The notes: a model not told the origin generated them from the letters alone. Positions 34,562-46,824 are shown, counted from the first letter of the stretch. The stretch: DNA of 64,000 nt from Flectonema sp. DT1601 (GCA_964019425.1 OZ025793.1:620001-684000), one strand, 5' to 3'. Made by a program: numbers and translations.

Positions 34562-37500
34562 ATGATTAAGGAAGGAATTCCACTGTTGCTGCTGTCACTC
34601 GCTCGTGGAGCTGATTGTTTTCAGAACCCCACCAGTGCTGCGTATGTCGAGAACTGGAAAACCTGCCCGACTGCTGATCAGACCGACGGGTTCAAGACGC
34701 TGTTGATCTCCTCTGCGGTAACTTATGACGGATCACCGGGTATGAACAGCTGTAACACTCAATGTGAGATCGGGAGTCCGGTTCCGGTTTGCGACAACCA
34801 AGCAAACGCAATGCTGGTATCGCAGTGGCAGTCAGATGGAAAGAAAGTCATCTTGGAGTTCGGTGATGGCGGAATGGACGGTTCCGGTTCGCAACGGAAC
34901 GGTGGCGGCAGCAGCACCACTGGCAACGACTGCTGGGAATATTGTTTTGGAAAGGAAGGGTTTGTAGCCAAGCAACTTATTGATATCGTACTCAATCAGG
35001 GATTTGATGGAATTGACGTCGACTTCAATTACCAGTCGTCGGATCCCCGAAAAAATGCGAAGGGACAGTTTTTCCTGCACGGCCTGACGCAGAAGCTTCT
35101 GCAACAGCTTCCTGCGGACAAGGAGCTCTCACACGGCATGTTGGCGAAGCCGTTCCCTGCACCGACCAATCCGACGACACCGTCTGGGCCTTCGATTAAT
35201 CGTTGGAGAAGACCTCCTTCACGGAGAACCCCTCCTTCACGGAGAACCCGACCTGGTAAGCCCGGCTGCAAGCCGACTCCGCCGCCATGCACACCTCGCC
35301 CGCCATACACACCTCGCCCGCCATACACACCACCACCTCAGCCTCCAAAGCCAACAGCTGTGCCGACATCCGTACCAACAGCTGTGCCGACATCCGTACC
35401 AACAGCTGTGCCGACATCTGTGCCAATTGTACCGACATCCGTGCCAACAGCTGTACCAACTTCTGTGCCAATTGTACCGACATCCGTACCGACAGCTGTT
35501 CCAACTTCTGTGCCAATTGTACCGACATCCGTACCGACAGCTGTGCCAACATCCGTGCCAATTGTACCGACATCCGTGCCAACAGCTGTACCAACATCTG
35601 TGCCAATTGTACCGACATCCGTGCCAACAGCTGTGCCAACATCTGTGCCAATTGTACCGACATCCGTGCCAACAGCTGTGCCGACATCTGTGCCAATTGT
35701 ACCAACAGCTGTGCCAACTGTACCAACACCGCAGCCGGAAGGAGAAACGCCAACTCCACAACCCAGCCAGCCAACGCCAACTCCACCCGGCCAGCCAACG
35801 CCAACTCCACCAGGCCAATCAACGCCAACTCCACCCGGCCAGCCGACGCCAACTCCACCTGGCCAGTCAACGCCAACTCCACCCGGCCAGCCAACTCCAA
35901 CTCCACCCGGCCAGCCAACGCCAACTCCACCAGGCCAATCAACGCCAACTCCACCCGGCCAGCCGACGCCAACTCCACCTGGCCAGTCAACGCCAACTCC
36001 ACCCGGCCAGCCAACTCCAACTCCACCCGGCCAGCCAACGCCAACTCCACAACCTGAAGATGGCAGTCAGCCAACGCCAACACCGCAGCCAGAAGGAGAA
36101 ACGCCAACTCCACCCGGCCAGCCAACACCACAACCTGAAGAAGGCAGCCAGCCAACGCCAACACCGCAGCCAGAAGGAGAAACGCCAACTCCACCCGGCC
36201 AGCCAACACCACAACCTGAAGAAGGCAGCCAGCCAACGCCAACACCGCAGCCAGAAGGAGAAACGCCAACTCCACCCGGCCAGCCAACACCACAACCTGA
36301 AGATGGCAGCCAGCCAACGCCAACACCGCAGCCGGAAGGAGAATCACCAACACCGCAGCCTGAAGAAGGAGGTGGACCAACTCCCCAGCCAGAAGGCGAA
36401 TCACCAACACCGCAACCTGAAGAAGGAGGTGGGCCAACTCCCCAGCCAGAAGGTGAATCACCAACACCGCAGCCTGAAGAAGGAGGTGGGCCAACTCCCC
36501 AGCCAGAAGGCGAATCACCAACTCCGCAACCCGAAGAAGGAGGTGGGCCAACTCCGCAGCCTGAAGGAGAAGAAGGTGGCGAACCTACTCCACAACCTGA
36601 AGGAGAAGAAGGTGGCGGACCAACTCCACAACCTGAAGGAGAAGAAGGTGGCGGACCAACTCCACAACCTGAAGGAGAAGAAGGTGGCGGACCAACTCCA
36701 CAACCTGAAGGAGAAGAAGGTGGCGGACCAACTCCACAACCTGAAGGAGAAGAAGGTGGCGGACCAACTCCACAACCTGAAGGAGAAGAAGGTGGCGGAC
36801 CAACTCCACAACCTGAAGGAGAAGAAGGTGGCGGACCAACTCCACAACCTGAAGGAGAAGAGGGTGGTGAATCACCAACACCGCAGCCTGAAGGAGAAGA
36901 AGGTGGCGGCGAACCTACCCCCCAACCTGATGAAGAAGGCGAAGAAGGTGGACCGACTCCGCAACCAGAAGAGGGAGGGGAAGGACCAGGAGAAGGGGGG
37001 GAAGGACCATTTCCGGGAGAAGGGGGCGAAGGAGAACAAATCAACGCCTGCGGTGAGACTATCTCGGAGTGGGGAAGTTGCATTGCCGCACCGCACTGCT
37101 GCTCTGACGGTCTGAAGTGTTTTCAGAGAAGCGCGGGATCGGCTAGATGTGCAAAAGCTTGTGAAGGCGAGGCTTGCAGGGAATTCGGAAGTAGCGAGCC
37201 TCCAGTGTCGGGGGGAGAGCTGGGGGAGAAGGCACCTGTTTGCGGAAATTGCGAAAGCGGGAAGAAGGGAGGTGTGTACTGTACGAGTAGGGGAAAGGGT
37301 GCAAAGAACACGTGCAGTGCGATCCCGAAGTCGGGTACCTGTCCTGCTGGGAAGACGAAATGCTTTGGTAGTGCGAGCGAGGCGTCTAGAGCGAGAAAGT
37401 TGGTGCGGTTGGTGTTGAGAAGGGGAATTGATTCCTTTGCGAAGACGCAATTCGGAAACATGCTGCAGGGGTTATTTAATCCTGAGGTTCAGATATCGTT

Positions 37501-38035
37501 CAAATTCATCTGCCCGAGCAGCGCCTGTCCACAAGGGAGCTGTGGTGGTGCTTCGGTTGGAGATTCTTCGACGTGCTTGAAGCTTGACGGCACGGATTCG
37601 AGGAGGGCTGCTGCTCTGGAAAACGATGGGAAGGAGGAAGGAAGTGTTGTGGCTTTTGAAATCGAAGGGGGAAGCGCTGTGGGACTGGTGCGCGCTTTCA
37701 ACAAGAAGCAACTTCCCGGAGTTGTAGCCATGCACGAAGAGTGGGAGATGCAGAGAGGAGCTGCAGATGATGATGAAACTGCGGTAGAAGAAGAGAAGAG
37801 CAAGAAGGAAGATGAGAGCGGCAAGGGTTTTCTTCCTATCTTGATAGCAGCTGTGTCGGTGGTTGCCGGATGTGTGTTGGTGGCTGTTGCTACCGTGTTC
37901 TACAGACGGTCGAAGGCGGCTGACGATTTCGCTGCTAGTCACCAAGGTATCGACATGACCTCTCTGACAACGATGAGCCATCCTGCGGTCAACAACGAGG
38001 AGAAGAAAGACTTCGTTTCTGAGTTGCGCATTTGA
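34562..38035 (+). CDS. Surface protein copy 5 (1157 aa)
   Basis: Intact ORF with the longest stalk; shares the copy-4 variants. Confidence 0.85.
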   Translation: MIKEGIPLLLLSLARGADCFQNPTSAAYVENWKTCPTADQTDGFKTLLISSAVTYDGSPGMNSCNTQCEIGSPVPVCDNQANAMLVSQWQSDGKKVILEFGDGGMDGSGSQRNGGGSSTTGNDCWEYCFGKEGFVAKQLIDIVLNQGFDGIDVDFNYQSSDPRKNAKGQFFLHGLTQKLLQQLPADKELSHGMLAKPFPAPTNPTTPSGPSINRWRRPPSRRTPPSRRTRPGKPGCKPTPPPCTPRPPYTPRPPYTPPPQPPKPTAVPTSVPTAVPTSVPTAVPTSVPIVPTSVPTAVPTSVPIVPTSVPTAVPTSVPIVPTSVPTAVPTSVPIVPTSVPTAVPTSVPIVPTSVPTAVPTSVPIVPTSVPTAVPTSVPIVPTAVPTVPTPQPEGETPTPQPSQPTPTPPGQPTPTPPGQSTPTPPGQPTPTPPGQSTPTPPGQPTPTPPGQPTPTPPGQSTPTPPGQPTPTPPGQSTPTPPGQPTPTPPGQPTPTPQPEDGSQPTPTPQPEGETPTPPGQPTPQPEEGSQPTPTPQPEGETPTPPGQPTPQPEEGSQPTPTPQPEGETPTPPGQPTPQPEDGSQPTPTPQPEGESPTPQPEEGGGPTPQPEGESPTPQPEEGGGPTPQPEGESPTPQPEEGGGPTPQPEGESPTPQPEEGGGPTPQPEGEEGGEPTPQPEGEEGGGPTPQPEGEEGGGPTPQPEGEEGGGPTPQPEGEEGGGPTPQPEGEEGGGPTPQPEGEEGGGPTPQPEGEEGGGPTPQPEGEEGGESPTPQPEGEEGGGEPTPQPDEEGEEGGPTPQPEEGGEGPGEGGEGPFPGEGGEGEQINACGETISEWGSCIAAPHCCSDGLKCFQRSAGSARCAKACEGEACREFGSSEPPVSGGELGEKAPVCGNCESGKKGGVYCTSRGKGAKNTCSAIPKSGTCPAGKTKCFGSASEASRARKLVRLVLRRGIDSFAKTQFGNMLQGLFNPEVQISFKFICPSSACPQGSCGGASVGDSSTCLKLDGTDSRRAAALENDGKEEGSVVAFEIEGGSAVGLVRAFNKKQLPGVVAMHEEWEMQRGAADDDETAVEEEKSKKEDESGKGFLPILIAAVSVVAGCVLVAVATVFYRRSKAADDFAASHQGIDMTSLTTMSHPAVNNEEKKDFVSELRI

Positions 38036-38982
38036 GCAAAGCGGGACTCTAATAAAATAACTAGCAGTTTTTGAAGATGATGCGACTTTCAGGTGAGAAT
38101 TCGCTAGAAAATAGAGTTCCCTTTGTTGGACAATTCCTTTTTCAACGAGTATCTTCATGCAATCAAATCAAGAAAAAAAAGAAGAAAAAAAAAGAATGTT
38201 TTATATAAAATGATGTGTTTTAATTATGATTTCCTCTCCAGTATTATATTACTAGCGGATTGCAGAAGGCCCGCTTGGCTCATTTTGCTTCCTCTTTCGT
38301 TAATCCCTTTATAAAATTATATACCCTGAAAAGAACAGGGGAGGAATATTATCCTGCAAGGTTTTATTTCTCAAACTCACTTCCTCACTTCCTCACCCCC
38401 TCTTACTGATGTATTGCTCTGTTAGGGTGACCGACGATCACCATGCAACCCTTTTAGTTAAATGGAAAAAGGGGAGGCCTGTCAAGCTTAATTTGTTCCC
38501 TTGCAAGGCCACTCACTCACTCGATCTTACTGACTGTTGGGGTGATCGACGATCACTTGTTTGCCTGTCCCACTATTGTGTTGGTGACGTAGTGCTTCAA
38601 AGTGACGCACCTTTTTAATTTTCTTTTCAATCACCGTGCACCCAACTGCACGATGGTCCTCACTCTACACCACTTTACCCATTACCAACACTCAGAGGAC
38701 GGACAGTATTTACTGAAAGAACAGATCCCCTCTTATTCCTCTCCCTTTCAATATTATGGCAATTTTTTGTCAACGTCTTCTTCTGTGATGCTAAAGTAGC
38801 TTTATATGGTTTGTAATTTTATGTTTTTTCAACTCTAATTTTTCTGGACAGAATTACACAATTTGTAGGTTTGAAAGTCGTTTCTCTCCACTAAGAAGCC
38901 TAGAGTTGTGCTTAGCTAAAAACTGGCTGCATTGTTTTTTAATGTGAGATTTTATATCTTATATTGTTATTGTTTTATTCAG

Positions 38983-41900
38983 ATGGGACATCACAAGATG
39001 GATCCCAAACTAGCCGCGCTGTTTGCGATGGTTGTGTCGATGTCGAGCAGTGGAGCTGTTTGGGGAATGACTCAGATTGTTGACGGCGCTGTTGTTGCCG
39101 CAGTACTAGCTGGAGTAGGTTTTCTTTGGGGAGGCATAACAATTCTATTTTCATATTGGATGGATAAGTCAGCAGTAGAGACAAGAGTAACAACTATCGA
39201 TATTGAACAAGGCCCAACTGTAGCTAGGGCAGACTACAAAGAAGGTTTCCTCAAGCAAGGACTCATTGACATGAATGAAGAACTAGCAGCCAGTACCAGT
39301 GATATAATTAAGGGTCAAAGAAGTACTACCGTATCAACAGAAGAGACATCAAGCTTGCTGCAACAGGTAAGTAAACAAAATTCAATCATTCCTCCAGATG
39401 GTGTTGTTACTGTTGTCTTTACCGACATAGAAGAATCTTCAACAATCTGGAGAAGAAGACCAGAGGCAATGAAAATTGCAATGCGCATCCACAATAAAAT
39501 AATGCGAGACTCCTACGCAGCATTTGATGGATATGAAGTGAAAACTATCGGAGATGCCTTTATGATTGCATTCACATCAGCTAGTTCTGCAGTGAATTGT
39601 TGTCTAAAAGCTCAATTAGACTTACTAAAGGCTGATTGGCCTGAAGGTATTCTCACGGACACTCTCTGCTCACCTGAAAACAACGAAAACGGGGTATTAA
39701 TTCATAGAGGGCTGAATATCAGAATGGGAATCCACACTGGACCAGCTACGAGAGAAATCGATCCAATAACAGAGAGATCTGACTACTTTGGACACACAGT
39801 TAACATGGCTGCTAGAATTGAAGCAGCATCTGCAGGAGGTGCTATTGCCTGCAGTAACGAAGTTCTTCGTGCCCTTGATGCATCGCATGTTGATTGCGAT
39901 ATCACTCCAGCTGGTAAGAAGAAACTCAAAGGAGTTGGTATGATAGAGCTTTCGATATTAAAGCCAAAGTCTCTGCCTAGAAAATGTGGACTTGGCGTAT
40001 CCACGAAAAAGTTAAATGCCACCCCCTCCCCCACACCAATGACACTTCAGGCCCTGTCCCCTGGGGAAGGTGGAAGTGCTAACGAAGCTGATAGAAGAAG
40101 AACTAAAAGATTTCTTCATAAGTTGTATGGAGAGAATCTGATGAGCGACAACAAGATACGTTCTATTGCTACCAGACTTCTCGACTCAGGGGAATTACAA
40201 ATGGTGACAGCGACTGTTGTTCATGTTCGTATTATAAACACGGAATCTGAACCCCTTCGACAGCAAATATCCTTCATGGAAATGTTAGCAGAGCGTACCT
40301 TTGGAATTGTAATGACCTCAGCATGTCCTAATGTCGTAATTGTATGGATGTGTGAACAACATGCTATGCAAGCAGCGTCATTTGCAGGTCTAATGGCAGG
40401 TGAACACGAATTATCTGAAAAGCGATGCACTCTAGGTATGGCTTCCGGAGGTGTTGCTTTTGGAGTTTCGACCACATCGACAGAGCAATACGTTACCTGT
40501 TTGGGAACACCTGTTGATTTTGCCTCTTCATTAGCTGAGGCAGCAGAAATATTTGAGGTGCAGTGTTTAACATTAGCTTCTATTGCTGTTGCTGCCCCAG
40601 CACTTCACAAGCTGATCAGACCTGTTGACTTTTGGCCTATTTATGGTGAATCTGAAACTCACTTAGAAATCTGTGAAATAAATGTTGCGGGACTTATGAA
40701 CGCAAGTAAATGGGAAGTATTCTATGGGGGAGGTGAAGAAACACGTTGGTTTGACATTGATTATATCCCAGCATTTCAAGCAGCTAAGGAAGGAGATATC
40801 ACTCTTATGCGAGAGATCTTAGCAAAGAATCCTGACGATCACATTGCAAAGCTCATCGTCGATGCTGAAGGCAAACAGATGTCTCGCAAAATGGTAAAGA
40901 TAGGAAAAGTTATGTCAGTAAAGGCAGTCGGACAAGAAGCTCTTGAAGAAGCCTGGGTAGCCGCATCCAAAGCTGCAGTACAAAAAGCCAGAAGCCACAA
41001 GGCGGAATTCATTTATATTAATGACCAGGCATATGAAGTTCACGCATTCATGAAGACTCATCCTGGAGGAAAGTCTGTTATTCAAAAGATGATTGGAAAG
41101 GATGCAACGGCAGAGTTCAACCTACACCACGACCACAACAGCAAGGCTCGCATTATAATGAAATCTTTACGAGTAAAGACTGAAGACAAAATGCACAGAG
41201 AACTAACCGTTGTCATGAACACAACAAGTATGTATTTGTTATTAAATTTTAAAAGACGTTGATGGAGAAATGCAAATAAAAAAATAAAACAAAAAAACAG
41301 AAGCACCAGACGTCGTCCTCGAAAGTTGGGAGAACTGCAAGGCCTTGGGTCTCGAAAGTTTTGGTATATTGCTGTACAGAAATTTATTTGAGACAAATCC
41401 TTCTCTTCTCGATCTCTTTCCATTTTCTGGAGTAAAATATTTATATGAAAGTAAACAACTCAAAGCTCACGCAATACAAGTAATGGCTGCGATTGATAAA
41501 AGCTTGAAAGGAATGGAAGAGGCTGCTGAAGTCGTACAAGTATTACACTCTTTAGGAGCATCTCATGCGAGGTGGGGAGTAAAAGAGAATATGTTTGACA
41601 CGTTTCACTTCGCGTTTGATAAAACTCTCAGAATGGCACTCCAAGAAAAATATACTGCTTCTGTAAGGGCAGCTTGGCTTGAAACAGCGCAACTTATAAC
41701 AGATGCGGCAAAGGTTGGTATTAGCCATCATGACATATCTAGTAATCTTCCTGTTGAGTTTAAATTTATTCGTCGTGAAACTCGTAATCACAATGTTTCT
41801 CTGATTGTAATTAGAAGTAATGAAGACTTGAGTACTATATTCGTTCCACCCGGATCTCACATCAGTCTGAAGGTTGGAAATGAACTCGCTAAACAATACA

Positions 41901-42448
41901 GCATTTCAAGAATTATTGGAAACGAATTACATCTCCTAGTAAAGCTATACCCAGAGAAGAAGAGTAGTATTGCATTGAAGAGTCTTGAGCACGGAGATTG
42001 TGTTGTTGTTAGAGGACCGTTTTTATCAGAATATCAAAACCACCATGATAATAAATCATTAGGATTTATTGGTGGTGGTACTGGTGTAGTTCCATTGATA
42101 TCGTTAGCAGCTGATGCGTTGATTGACCCAACAGTTCATGTGACGATTATGTCAGCAAACAGTACTCCTGCTGAGATATTCTTTAATGAGGAGATTGAAC
42201 ATTTAAAATCATTACCTGGAACTTGTACAATCATTCACTTCTTCACAAGGTCAGAAGTTATTGAAGAAACTCCGAAATTTGCTGATGAATGCATCGTCGG
42301 AAGTGATCGCCTCAGACCTGATATTATTGATAAGCATTTCCCTGAGTCACTAACACATTTCGTAGTTTGTGGTCCGGCTACTTTCAACAAATCTGTTTCT
42401 GAAACACTTCGATGTGCTCTTAAACAGTTCACTGTTCTTGGAGACTAA
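38983..42448 (+). CDS. Membrane adenylate cyclase fused to pseudo-cyclase, cytochrome b5, globin and FAD/NAD(P)H oxidoreductase; exons 38983-41227 and 41301-42448 (1130 aa)
   Basis: Two N-terminal hydrophobic helices. Cyclase: VFTDIEES, EVKTIGDAFM, RMGIHTG, DYFGHTVNMAARIE. Cytochrome b5: HPGG..GKDATAEF..H. A 73-nt intron (41228-41300, gtatgt..cag) fuses in frame to the globin (VLESW..LYRNLF..LFPF..KAH..LGASHARWGV) and the reductase (KQYS, VRGP, GGGTGVVP, VCGP). Confidence 0.85.
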
Positions 42449-45400
42449 TCCGCTACTCTAAAACGGATCGATTCTCTGATAAACAACTAATGCGACAGAT
42501 TTACTGAGTAGTCTGACTGCAGCAGTGGCAACAGCCTAACTGCTTTCATTTTTTTTTTTTTTTTTTGACAACAGCTTTTTTCACGATTCGGTTCTTAAAA
42601 ATATCTGGAACTTGCTTTCTTTGTTTTCAGACATTAGATATGGCTGTTGTAAATATTCTACCTTTATGTAGACAACAATCTGGATAGAATCGCAGCTTTA
42701 AAGGCTGTGTCCTAATATAATTTTTTTTTAGACCACAAGCCTGCGCGTTATCGCTTGGAGAGTTTTGTTTTGTGAAAAGAAAAAAAAAAAAGAATACAAC
42801 AGGAAATAAAAGAATGAAACAGAATTTAGCCGCAGACGCTTTTTTTTTTATACGCTGCGGTGAAGTAGCTTCAGGTTAAAAGATAAGTGTTCCGACAACA
42901 GGGGAACAGAGCAAGTATGTCACCCACGCAATCAGACTCTAAGCATAAATATCTCTTTTCTTTGCACACAACTATCAGTGAGGAAAAATTGCTTTTTCAA
43001 TTTATGTTCACCTTGATGAATGTTTCTAAATAAAATTGAGTTGTGGATGCACGAGAAACAACGAGAAATATTTATGCAAAAACTAAAAAAATATTTCAAT
43101 CCTGTTTCACGTATATTGAATTATTGTTTTACCAAGTTCGATTCCGGGTGCGTGATTGTTTTTCGTCCAGTTGCGTGGCTAACTGTGTCGTCTTTGTTCT
43201 TTTTGTTGAAAGTAAGTTCCTCCCTCCACCCGCTTTGCTTTGCTTTGTATTGTTGAATGATAATAATTACTGTACTTTCGCAGTAAAAAAAAAAAGGAAC
43301 CCAATGCCTCTCCCCAAGTCATTTTCCTCTCCTTTTCTGTTTTTTTTAAAAATGTGTACTTCTCACTGTGTAAGCCGTCGCACACCTCAATAATGCAGTT
43401 GTACTAGTGCGCTTCCTTAAGAAATTTTCCTTGTAAAAGTAAATAAGAAATATTTTAAAAAAAGACAAGGGAATAAACGGAGACTGAGATACTGGAATAG
43501 CAATTAAGTTATTTCGGTGGTTGTTTTCTTACCCAATGCAGAATGCCACGTTGTTAAAACTGATAGGTGGTATGTCTTTTTTGTTTTCCTCACTCTTTCT
43601 ACTGAACAATTGAAATTGTGAGTAAAAATGAGATTAGAATCGCAAAGTAGAATATTGATTGGAAAACATTCATTTTTTATGTCGTTTATAATTTTATTCC
43701 GCGTGCGGACAGATGCACCAAAAAAAAAGAAAACTGAAAACTTGGGTCATCTCTTCTCTCTCTTTACAAATGATATCGGAAATTTTACATTCTTGAAGAA
43801 GGGTATTGCAACGCACACTTTACACTTTTGGTGTCAGGTTTTAAAGTTGTGTTGTTGCTTTTGTTTTGCCTTTTCATTATTCACAGTTGTTCCCACAACA
43901 CACTTCTTTAAACTAATAAGAACTACTACTTAGTAGTAGTAGTTCTAATTTTATCCCTTTTTAAAAGTATCAAATTACGCCTTTGTAACCAACGGCGAGG
44001 AGAAGGAATTTGTTTACTTTTTGTTTATCGGAATCGTATCGGAGAATATCATTTAGGATGTATTTCTTCACGCCTGTCTCCTTTGTGTTGGTGAAGCAAA
44101 CTGAAGAGACTTTATAACGTCTCGCGGCGGAATTTTCCCTCAGTTTCTTAAACTACTAATATAAAATGAATTTTTTTTTTTTAAAAAAAACGATGTACTG
44201 TGTTTAGCTTGTTTTTGGATTTCAAAATGTCTCCCAGTGGGAGACACTGCTTATTTTGCGAAATTTGTCATTAGCTGTTAGTTCGCAACAGCAAATCACT
44301 TTCCCTTTTTTTTTTTTTTCTTCTCGAAAAAGCAACGCTCGCTCTCCTACAGCGGCTGAATTTGCTTTTCGTAATTATTAGTTTTGTATTCTGAGCAAGG
44401 TTTTGTTAACTGATAAGCATTGCTCGCTCACTTGATAGGCAGCAGGGCTTGGATTACTTCAATTGTTTTCGACGTTTCGTTTTTTTTCTTTTTTCGATGT
44501 TCGTTTGGTTCACCTCTAAGCCTGCTTTTTGTTTTTGTTTTTTGTTGCAATTTCCGAGGTTTTTGTTTTGTTTTAGAAAAAAAAGAAAAAATAATAAATT
44601 CTCTCAAAGACAGAAGACAGAACTTTTGTTATTCAGAAGAAAGGGAAAAAAAAAAAAAGGGGAGGAAAGCTGTTTTTACTGCTCTGCATTATTTTCTGCT
44701 TTTTTCTTTGAAATTTAAAACAAGAAACTAAGCATGTGTATTTATGAACGAAAACCCTTTTTCCCATCGACAATTATTCCATTGTTCGTGGAACGGGTCA
44801 AACACCATAGTTGTTTTACAACTATTGTTTTCTTTTTTTATTATATTATTTATTATGAGATTCATTCAGGTCTCTTTTTTGCAGACTTTGAGTTGATTAA
44901 GGAAATCAGCAAAAAAAAAAAATGGAAAAGAAAAAAAGTGAATTGCGAGATCGTAAGAGTTATGCATACGGAGCGCAATATGTTTCTCATTGATCTAACT
45001 AGTAATGTTGATTTGAATGAGCAGCGAGTTCTCTTACCCAAATACTTTAATAAAGTTATGACTGCAACAGTACTGAGATTGCTGTAATTGCAGATTGCAA
45101 ATTTGAAAAAAAAAAAAAAAAAAAAAACTTGTTATTGTCAAAACGATTTTATTTTGTTTACTACATAGTTTGGCAAGTAAGGTAATCTAAAAATTATTTT
45201 TTTTATTTTTTAAGATTTCGTATCAAAGGCTTCAACAGGCTTTATTTTAAGAGTCCGTTGTTGATTTCTTTTTAAACCCTAGTTTGGTGTGTGGATTGTT
45301 TTTTTTTCTTTTTCGTTTTATTTAATGAAATTCCCTTAAGGGAATTTCTCACCAAGCAAAAAAGTGTGATTTCTTTATTCGCACACATCTACCATACCTC

Positions 45401-46824
45401 TGATGACATGGGACTGGTATTTAGCACCATTTCTATTATTTTTAGCCATCAATTCGTACAACACTTTTGTTGCTGTCGTTGCCAATTTTGGGGATCGACT
45501 ATTCATCAGTTTGTTAGCTGTTTTTTTTCTTTTTCTTTTTTTTTTTTTAATTCTTAGCTTTGAAACGATTTGTGTGGTTAGAATTCAGTGGTAGTGGTGA
45601 ACCTGTTTCAGCAAAGGAGAAAAGCAAAAAAAAAAAAAAAAAAAACCTACCTTGTGTTATTGTTAGGGTTGTGTGTGCGCCCTCATTAATGGAATTGAAA
45701 TATTCTGGTGGCAACCGACTAGAAGAAATTCAGATTATGGCAACTAAAACATTCAACCTCTGAAAGGACTTACCACTGTGTGAAAGTGTAATCAGGTACA
45801 ATGTTCAGAGTATACTACAAGATGTGCAGTAGAACTGCTCATCAAGGTGTACTTGCACCATAATAGCATTCTGTTCCTTTGTACCGAAATTCACTAAATC
45901 AAAATTAAGCATCACAATCCTTAGTTACGATCGCTGTGTGGTAGGTATGTTCATCTTCCTTTCTTGTTTTTTTTTTTTTTTTTTTTTTTACATTGTCAAA
46001 GCATCGCTCCCCTCCTCTTTGTTGTTTTTTTCTTTCTTTCTTTCTTTCTTTCTTTCCTCTCTGCAAAAAGTTTTTTTTTTTTTGCATTTAACAAGTATTG
46101 TAAGAACGAAAAAGAATGTTGTTGGCAGCACACGTAAACCTCCTTTAGCTTTATCAGTTTAAGTCGGTTCACGGTTTCGTGCACGAACAAAAAATCACAT
46201 TGTTATATCATTATTTTCTGTATAGTTGAAGATAAAGCCAATTCTTTTTTAAATATTTTTTTATCTAAACTCTGAATTGACTTGTAGCGGCGTGCTGTGA
46301 AATCGTCCCGTTTTTTCCCTATCTTGATTGTCAATATTTTATACTATACTTTTTACTTCTGTTCCCACTCCTTATCAGATATGTAAATTTTTAATTAGTG
46401 AAATTATTTTAAAACACCCTAAAATATAATTTCTTATGAACAAACACTTCTTTCTTATGTATTTCTTTTTATGATTTGTCGTCGTGTAATTTCAATTGTA
46501 TGCATTTAATTATTGGAGAGTAGAGGCATCTGATATTGCTGTGGCATTCAGGTGTCATGATGCACCCAAAGTAAGTGTGTACCCAACTAGTTCCGTACAG
46601 ATGTTTATTATTATATCGTGGAGTTTTATAATTACTTTATTAATGGTGTCCCAATTCTCAGAGAGTTGATGAATTACCTTTAACGATCTCGGGACTTTTT
46701 TGTTACCTTTTTTTTTTTCCATTTTTCTTTTTTTTTTTTTTTACCAACGTAGTCGGAGAATAAACTAAAGCAGTTATTTCTCTTATAGTTATGATTTGTT
46801 TTCCCTCATGCGACGGGATTCTGC

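Larger units (their letters stand above)
15512..38681 (+). repeat. Five-copy tandem array; units start at 15512, 20214, 24909, 29367 and 33936 (about 4.46-4.75 kb each)
   Basis: Near-identical units. Each holds the 3' end of the O-FucT gene, an intergenic region, the surface-protein CDS and a 3' spacer. Length differences come almost entirely from internal minisatellite copy number. Confidence 0.97.

Noticed and set aside
16327..38158. Many long alternative-frame and antisense ORFs in the array (e.g. 554-aa Q/H-rich, 436-aa L/V/A-rich)
   Set aside because: Shadows of stop-poor coding minisatellites; no domain content.
41345..42448. Stand-alone flavohemoglobin gene
   Set aside because: It starts at TTG after the globin A helix; it is better explained as exon 2 of the cyclase gene.
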